Below are positions 57,174 through 64,000 of a stretch of DNA of 64,000 nt, piece after piece. Within the stretch, counting starts at the first letter, position 1; every line of letters starts with the position of its first letter. The notes under the pieces were generated by a model that saw only the letters and a program-made list of their open reading frames with translations, was not told where the DNA came from and made no database searches. Source of the DNA: the human T2T-CHM13v2.0 reference genome, Homo sapiens; NCBI RefSeq assembly GCF_009914755.1, contig NC_060945.1. One strand, written 5' to 3'. The position numbers and the translations under genes are program-made.

Positions 57174-58295
57174 ATAAGCACCTTAAAAGTTTTGATGTGT
57201 ACAGCCAAACTTCCCAGCAGAAACATTAAACTGTAGTATGTTCCAGCCCCCTTCAACAGTGTAAATGGTACCAACTGTCACTGAATAAAAGGCCAGACAG
57301 CTGAAATGGCCCACGGGAATTTGAAGAAACTACTGGCCCTGGCAGCAGCAAGATATCCTGAACCTAGTGCCTGGTAACAAGTAGGAAAAAAAAAAATCTG
57401 TCCGCTGCATTATGCAGAGACCACATCTCCACTCTCATGCTGCTCCACCACAGCAGCAATAGAGCGCCCCACACAGACCAGGCTGACCACATACAGGGTG
57501 ACCGCCACCTGCACTCTCCTCCTAAATCGTCCCGGCAGTCACGTTCCAGGGGCAGTCCAGATCTCCCATCCTGGGAGGGAGAAGAAGGGCTGGAGACCCA
57601 AACACCCTGAGTACAGCACCCTGCTACTCCTCCTCAATAACTCCCAGAGTTCCGGCCAGGACATGGGACTGCTCCTCACCTCCAGACAGGCCAGGATTCC
57701 AGGGAATCTTACCGAGCAACTGCCATGTGCTGAGCTAAGTGCTGCCATTTATCATCTTAGTGAATCTCTTGATAAAATGCAAGGGGCCCTGGCAGATTAA
57801 ATGATGCCAAGCCTCACTCTAGGGACACAGCCACCAAAAGGTGGTCAAGTTGGAATTCTCTGAAGCCCTGTTACTGATGTTCTCGTAACACAGGTCTAAG
57901 CCACCAAAGAAACTAACTTTGTTTTTTAAAACGACATCTCCCAAGGAAATCCAGGTAGCCAAGGCTATGAGTCTGAGTAGGTTCCATAGCCATAAAGCCT
58001 CCTTTGTTTGCCCGACTCTGCCTCTCTGAAGTCTGCATTTATCCTCTGTGACGGCATTGTTCAGCATTCCAGACGGCATAACAGGAACAACTCTGTTCAC
58101 TCTTGACCAGTGATATCAAAATGGTACTGACCAAGGCTTTGCACCCGCTCACCCACCTCCCTGCCCCACATCCTTCAATCTGGTGTACACAGCAACTGCA
58201 AAGGCTGCAGACTTTTTTTGAACTTGGAAGAAACGGTTTGCAGTAGGTTTTTCAAAACAAATGGGCTTTCCTAACGGACAAGGGAGTACACCTAC

Positions 58296-58392
58296 CTTTC
58301 ACTTCCAACACCTGCACTATAGTGCTGTCATCACCCGCAATTAAAAAGGAGAGAGCAAACTGAACGTAGGCCTGCCGAACGTCGTACACTCC
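58296..58392 (-). CDS. URB1: URB1 exon (window exon 2; GVYDVRQAYVQFALSFLIAGDDSTIVQVLEVK)
   Basis: CTCTAG|GGA acceptor, AAG|GTAGG donor, 97 nt, phase-consistent. Confidence 0.93.
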
Positions 58393-59558
58393 CTAGAGGA
58401 CAAAGGAGACCTACATGTCACATGCATATTCCACATACAGCCAAAGGAATCAGCAACACAGTGGCCAAGCACACCCCTCCCGTCTCAACATCACCAGCCC
58501 CCCAGCCTTGTCCCCAGTCACCAGGGGATGCAAGTCTGAAACCAATGCTCATTCTCCATGGAAAGTAAAAAATTTTTTCCGTTCTCTTTCCCCGGTAATC
58601 TTCTCTACTTTCCTTCTCTTTCAAGCCCTATTCTCAATACAAAAGTATGGGTAAAAAATAGTAGTGTTCCCTTCCCTGACTATAACACATACATTTTCGT
58701 TTCTTGGCCACTTTGGTGTAGAGCAAGACTCTCAGCCTGCCTAGATCCATCTCCTCTCGCTTGCTGATGAAAATAATCTATGTTTTTGAAAATCCAGAGA
58801 TGATGAAATGGCTGGTACTGCTTTTGGTGAGACACCAATGTGGTGATGTCTGGTTTTTATGAGATATTATAAATAACTTATTAGCTCATACCACAAACCA
58901 AAGCACAGATGCTGTCACGTTACTAACCCTGTTAGGCCTTCCCAGGGTTGTAGCCAGCACTGTCCACATGCATCAGCCACCAACCAGGGCACTGGGCACG
59001 TTTGGGGAGGGCCCCAACACCGTGACAGCAGCCAGTGCCTCTAGGGAAGCCGCTGATCAGCTTCCCCTCCCAGTATCATTAAGACAAAGCTGTGTCACAT
59101 CACTCCTCGTTTTGTATCTAAGGAACTCAAGGCATGTGGTCATGTCAGTCTCTCATCAGCTGTTCCAGAACTAGCAGGTGTGCCTGGATCCTCCATTGCT
59201 TACACCCAGCACTATTCTCTACTTCACAGTTACTCCAAAGATACCTTCATTCACTGCCAAGAAATAAGTTAATATCACAACAAGTCACTGCCCCAAAATG
59301 CCTGGGAAAATTAAGGAGTAATCTCTGCCTTCCAGATAGTTCTGTTCCACTTAGTAGTAGCAGGAGAGGTGGTGGCAGTAGTAGTGATGATGATGAGGAG
59401 GAGGAGGAGAACAATGTTTACAGAGCACTTACTATGTGCCAGGCACTGTATCAAATGCTGCACATCCGTGATCTCATTTACTCCTCATAACAGCCTGAGG
59501 GAGAGATGCCCACACCACACCCATTTTACAGATGAGAAAACTGAGGGTTCAAAAATTC

Positions 59559-59843
59559 AGCCGGACACGGTGGCTCATGCCTATAATCCCAGCACATTGG
59601 GAGGCCAAGGAGGGTGGATCACTTGAGGTTAGGAGTTCGAAACCAACCCGGCCAACATGGTGAAACCCTGTCTCTACTAAAAATACAAAAATTAGCTGGG
59701 TATGGTGGTAGGCGCCTATAATCCCAGCTACTCGGGAGGCTGAGACTTAAGCCCGGGAGGCAGAGGTTGCAGTGAGCAGAGATCACGCCACTGCACTCCA
59801 ACCTGGGCGACAGAGCGAGACTCCATCTCAAAAAAAAAAAAAA
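59559..59843 (+). mobile_element. Alu (S-like) inserted in a MIR
   Basis: Dimeric Alu; MIR motif cattttacagatgagaaaactgagg upstream. Confidence 0.9.
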
Positions 59844-62800
59844 ATTTCACTCGAGGTCACACAGCTAATTAAGTACCAGAACTGAGATAAGAAGTAATTG
59901 TACAAACATACGACTTATGTTCAACTACAGAGAAGTTCTTCCTTCTTCACAAGATTCTGTGGCATTTTCCATTTTCATTTCACTTTTTCTCAGGGTGCAA
60001 GGACCATACTTGGCATCAGTTAGGTCTCTGTGCAAGTCTTTAATTAATTCCATCTTATTTTGTTGGGTCTATGTTTCTTCTGGAGAAAAGGAAGGCTATC
60101 CAACCCATGCTCCCTAATATGTGGATCAAGGCCTTGCACACTCATTACATTTATTGAGTTTATCCCCATCCATGTCACACAGCATCTCAGCAAGACCTTA
60201 TTACACCAATGTGAGTTTCTTCCAAAACTGAGACCTTCAAACTATCCTCTCTGTTCTGAGGACCTATCTGTGTGTCTCATCACAATAAGGAGTTTGCATC
60301 CAATGATCACTGGTGCTGAGAATGTGCAGCACTTCCATAGTGTCAGCAACACTCCAGTGCCTTAACCCACCAATTCAGTTTTTATGAAACACTCATTCCA
60401 TTCAAGATGCCATCATCTCAGGCCAAGAGAGGGTGCAAAGTTTACCAAGATGTTGTCCCTGTCCTCAGGAAGCTTAAGCTGCTCCCAAGCCATCTCTATG
60501 CCTCATTGTTCAAATAAACATACCATCTAATTCAAGCAGTTAATTTTCTTGATCTACACACACCTTGTGTTCCAGATGAATGCTGGTAAAATGCTAAAAC
60601 TTGCCTGGCAAAATTAAATTAAGTTCTGTCTTTTCCCTGCTAGTGGAAAGTTCCTGTGCTTTTATTTTGTGTCCACTGAAGTAACAGTACTGGGAGTCAG
60701 GGCCCTGGAATGCTGGTCCAGGTTTTCTGCCATTCTACATCTTTCTATCCTGCTGGTACACAGCAGAACTAGACCTCCTGTGGGTCCCTCCAGCAATGAA
60801 TTTATAAATGAAAAGGGATTTAGTTATCACCTCCTGGCTTCCATCTTTTATATCCCAGACAACTCCAAATTTCACGTCCTGACATGATGGAGGAACTGGG
60901 TAAGATCCCCGGGACACAGCAGCTGCCCACTCTAGGCTCTAGGCTCTGCCACTGTCGTGGCCCCCTGGGGCTCCATCCTCTGTTTCCAGTCCTCTCCATC
61001 AAAGGCGTCCCACTCCTACTGCAAGTGGACCACATGCCTGCTCTTCATTCCCACCCTGTGACCTCACAGGGTTATTATTCCAGGAAGAAAACGTCCTGAA
61101 CTCTTCAGGGCTTGTTCTGCAAAACACTGTCTAAAACAGACCAAAATACACTTGGTAAAACTGCTCTTTGGCACAGGATTTTAACAATGCTTTCTTTGGC
61201 TGGATGAATATTATCTATAACCCTCCTTCTTCATGACGCTTTAATAATTTCCTCCAAAATGTTAACATATATTCATTAAAAAAAAAAAAAAAATCCCTGC
61301 CAGCACTTCAACAACTAAATAGCATTTAAAAAAAAAAAGCAGGGGATGGCATGAGGGAGAAAAACTCAAAGACGCAAAAGGGATCAAAGATATTTAAGAA
61401 ACATATCAACCAAATGCAATGTGGACTTTGTTTGGATCCCGATCTGAATCACAAAGTGTAAAAACATTTTTGAGACGGAAAAAACCTGAGACCAAACTGA
61501 GTAATAGATGATAGTGAGAAATTATTAATGTGTTAGGCGTGATAATGGCACTGTGGTTTCTGTTCTTTAAAAGGTCTTTTTCTGTTAGAGTACATGCTGA
61601 AATATTTATAGTGAAATATGATTCACGTCTGGGATTTGCTATAATCGACTGCCCCAGAGGAAACTGAAAAGGTGGAGGGTGGGGACAGTGGCTGAAGCTG
61701 GACAGCTGGTACAGGGGTTCCTCACGCTGCTCTATTTTTAAATGTTCCTAACAGTTCCTTATTAAATGTAATGTCTCAACTCCATTTCCTATAACATATA
61801 AGATATCTAAGATACTTATTACAGATTACACAATGAAAGTAAAAACACTTTCAACTTGACTGTAACTCCCATTTTACAGATCCTGGAGAGGTAAAATAAT
61901 GTGCCCTGAGACCCTGAGATGAAACGGCTTGTGTGTGGCCCTGCAGCCGGGGTTCAGGACGGGAAGCCCTTTCCCACGCTGTCTGGGCTCCTAAAGTCTA
62001 TTTCACTTAGACGGCGGGGAGGGCTGAGATCAAAAGAGATGGGTGGGGAGGGCATCTGATGGATAATTATTGCCAGGCTTACTGCCAGGTAAGACCAAAG
62101 AACCGTGATATTTGCCCTCGTCTGCAAATAGCACACACATTCTTTTTATTAGAAACGTATTTAAATGTCAGGAGCCATTACTCATTGAATGGAATTTGTT
62201 GACACATGGATAAAGCATAGTATCTAAGAGACATTAAGACCTGGAATTTTTTTCCTTAGAGAATACCTTATTTGTAATTCCAGTAAAACCCTCAACACCA
62301 GGCCAATCTCACAGAGCCATAAAAGCTACTTGGTATTATCAACCCTTTAGTCCAATTCCCGGCAATGTAGAAACTCTTAGTTCCCAGGGATACTGACAGA
62401 ACAAGGCAGCACACTGTTATAGAAGTGAATTATTCTAATGTGGTTCTCCACCGCAGCAGATGGGATGGACTGATACCTGTCCCCTTATTCTTTACGTTCA
62501 GGAAGAGGGTGACACTCTGGCCAGGGCTGTTCACAGCACTGAATTCCAGCAGGGGAGCTGATATGGCAACCAGAAGAGGCCCTACGACAGACAACCTGGA
62601 GCCAGCACACGCGATGGGAGGATGCCCTCTCTCAAGCTCAGGAGTCCTCCAAGTGTGCCTGCTCCCCAAGAACCTTTCCAAACCCAAGTGAAATTTCAAA
62701 AGCCACCAGGGAATTTTTGTTTCACAGGTTTCCTGAAAACCAACCATCCACACTCCCATTTTTCCTGGGCACAATCCAACCCTTACCCATCACAAGATTG

Positions 62801-63273
62801 TAACTGGGAGGCAAAAGTCACTTATTAAAAAGCCATAAAAGTCCTCTTTGAGGACGTCACTGGCTTAGAGCTTCAAGGGCTTTCTCCGAGGTGGGCAGAA
62901 CAGGAACAGAGGACTGGCACACACTACAAGCTTCAGGGCCATGGGCACATGGAGGGTATTTCATTTACCAGGAGAGGAGATGCCCACAGCTAAGTCATCC
63001 TCACAACCAGGAAGGCCCTGTGCCACTCAGCCCCCAGGAGCCTCCTCAGATATCCCCATTGTTCAGGCTCTGCCAGGTTCTGGCCCTATCGCCAGCCTGA
63101 AGCGAGTCCTGTCCTCACAGACAGATCCTGTGGCTGCTGACACACACCTTTCTACATAGACACCTCTCATTTCATCTGTGTGGGGATCAGGGGCAGAGAA
63201 TGGAGGAAAAACCACTACAGTCCTCCAAGGGAAGGAGACCCATGGAAGGCACGAGACACTGTGGTCCCCTCAC

Positions 63274-63406
63274 CTTTGAATCCCTCTTGGTCACCAGGGT
63301 GTACAAGGTCTTTTTATTCAAATCAAAATGGCTGCAGACGTCCCTGGCAGCTTCCGGACCCTGGGTCACCATGGCGGTCATCAGGCTCAGGCAGGCGCGA
63401 GCCAAC
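63274..63406 (-). CDS. URB1: URB1 exon (window exon 1; (R)LARACLSLMTAMVTQGPEAARDVCSHFDLNKKTLYTLVTKRDSK)
   Basis: TGCAG|GTTG acceptor, AAG|GTGAG donor, 133 nt. Confidence 0.93.
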
Positions 63407-64000
63407 CTGCACAGGGAACCAGAGGAAATCGGACACGTCAACAACAGCAGAAGCACAGAGCCGCCTCACCACAAAGCCAGCTGCAAGCTGCTTGTGTTAT
63501 TTGCTATCCCCAAACCAGAAAAAAAGAAGGAAAAAGACATGCTCTTTTTTTAAGGAAAAAGAAAAAAAAAAGCATAAAGATTCAAAATAACGCTAAAAAT
63601 TAAAACTAAGTAGGATTAACAATATAAACACAAGATTTGAAGAAGATGGACATTTCTCTCTGGAGTGAGCCACTGTGTGATCAATAGACCACACCTCAGT
63701 CCCTGTGACTGCAGAATACAGAGGACGACTTCTTCACAAAGGCATCTCTGAATGCGAGCTCTTGGCTGTCTTTCCGTTCTGCGGTTATCCAGATTCCATG
63801 GTTTTCTGAGCACCTGCTACATGCAAGGCCCTGTTCTAGGTGCTGGGAAGGTGGCATTTTATAACACAGGCAAGGCCCTGCCACATGCACCTATAGGATT
63901 CCAGTAGAGGGAGTCACTCAACAGATAATAGCAGCAAGGACAGTAGCAGGCAGGACAAGAGGGACAAGGGGTAAGTAAGAGAGGAGTCAGGGACAGCCAG

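Overview
Primate (most likely human, chr21q22) genomic DNA lying entirely within URB1 (NPA1 homologue, a nucleolar 60S ribosome biogenesis factor) on the minus strand. I traced 32 consecutive coding exons by hand. All introns are GT-AG, phases are mutually consistent, and the exons total 5160 nt (about 1720 codons). They are probably exons 4-35 of 39; the start and stop codons lie outside the window. One intron holds the H/ACA snoRNA SNORA80A (ACA67, 57038-57173, minus strand), which carries retrotransposition hallmarks: a decayed A tail, an 18-bp target-site duplication and an L1-endonuclease-like site. The introns also contain a near full-length 7SL retropseudogene, about 20 Alus, L1/MIR/L2 relics, MST LTRs and DNA-transposon fossils. 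Other notable structures are a (TTTC)n microsatellite that serves as one exon's polypyrimidine tract and seems to force a distant branch point, a perfect 66-bp tandem duplication, a 46-47-bp VNTR, and three Alus with templated inverted insertions. There is no CRISPR array or prokaryotic system. Repeat subfamily calls and boundaries are by eye and approximate.
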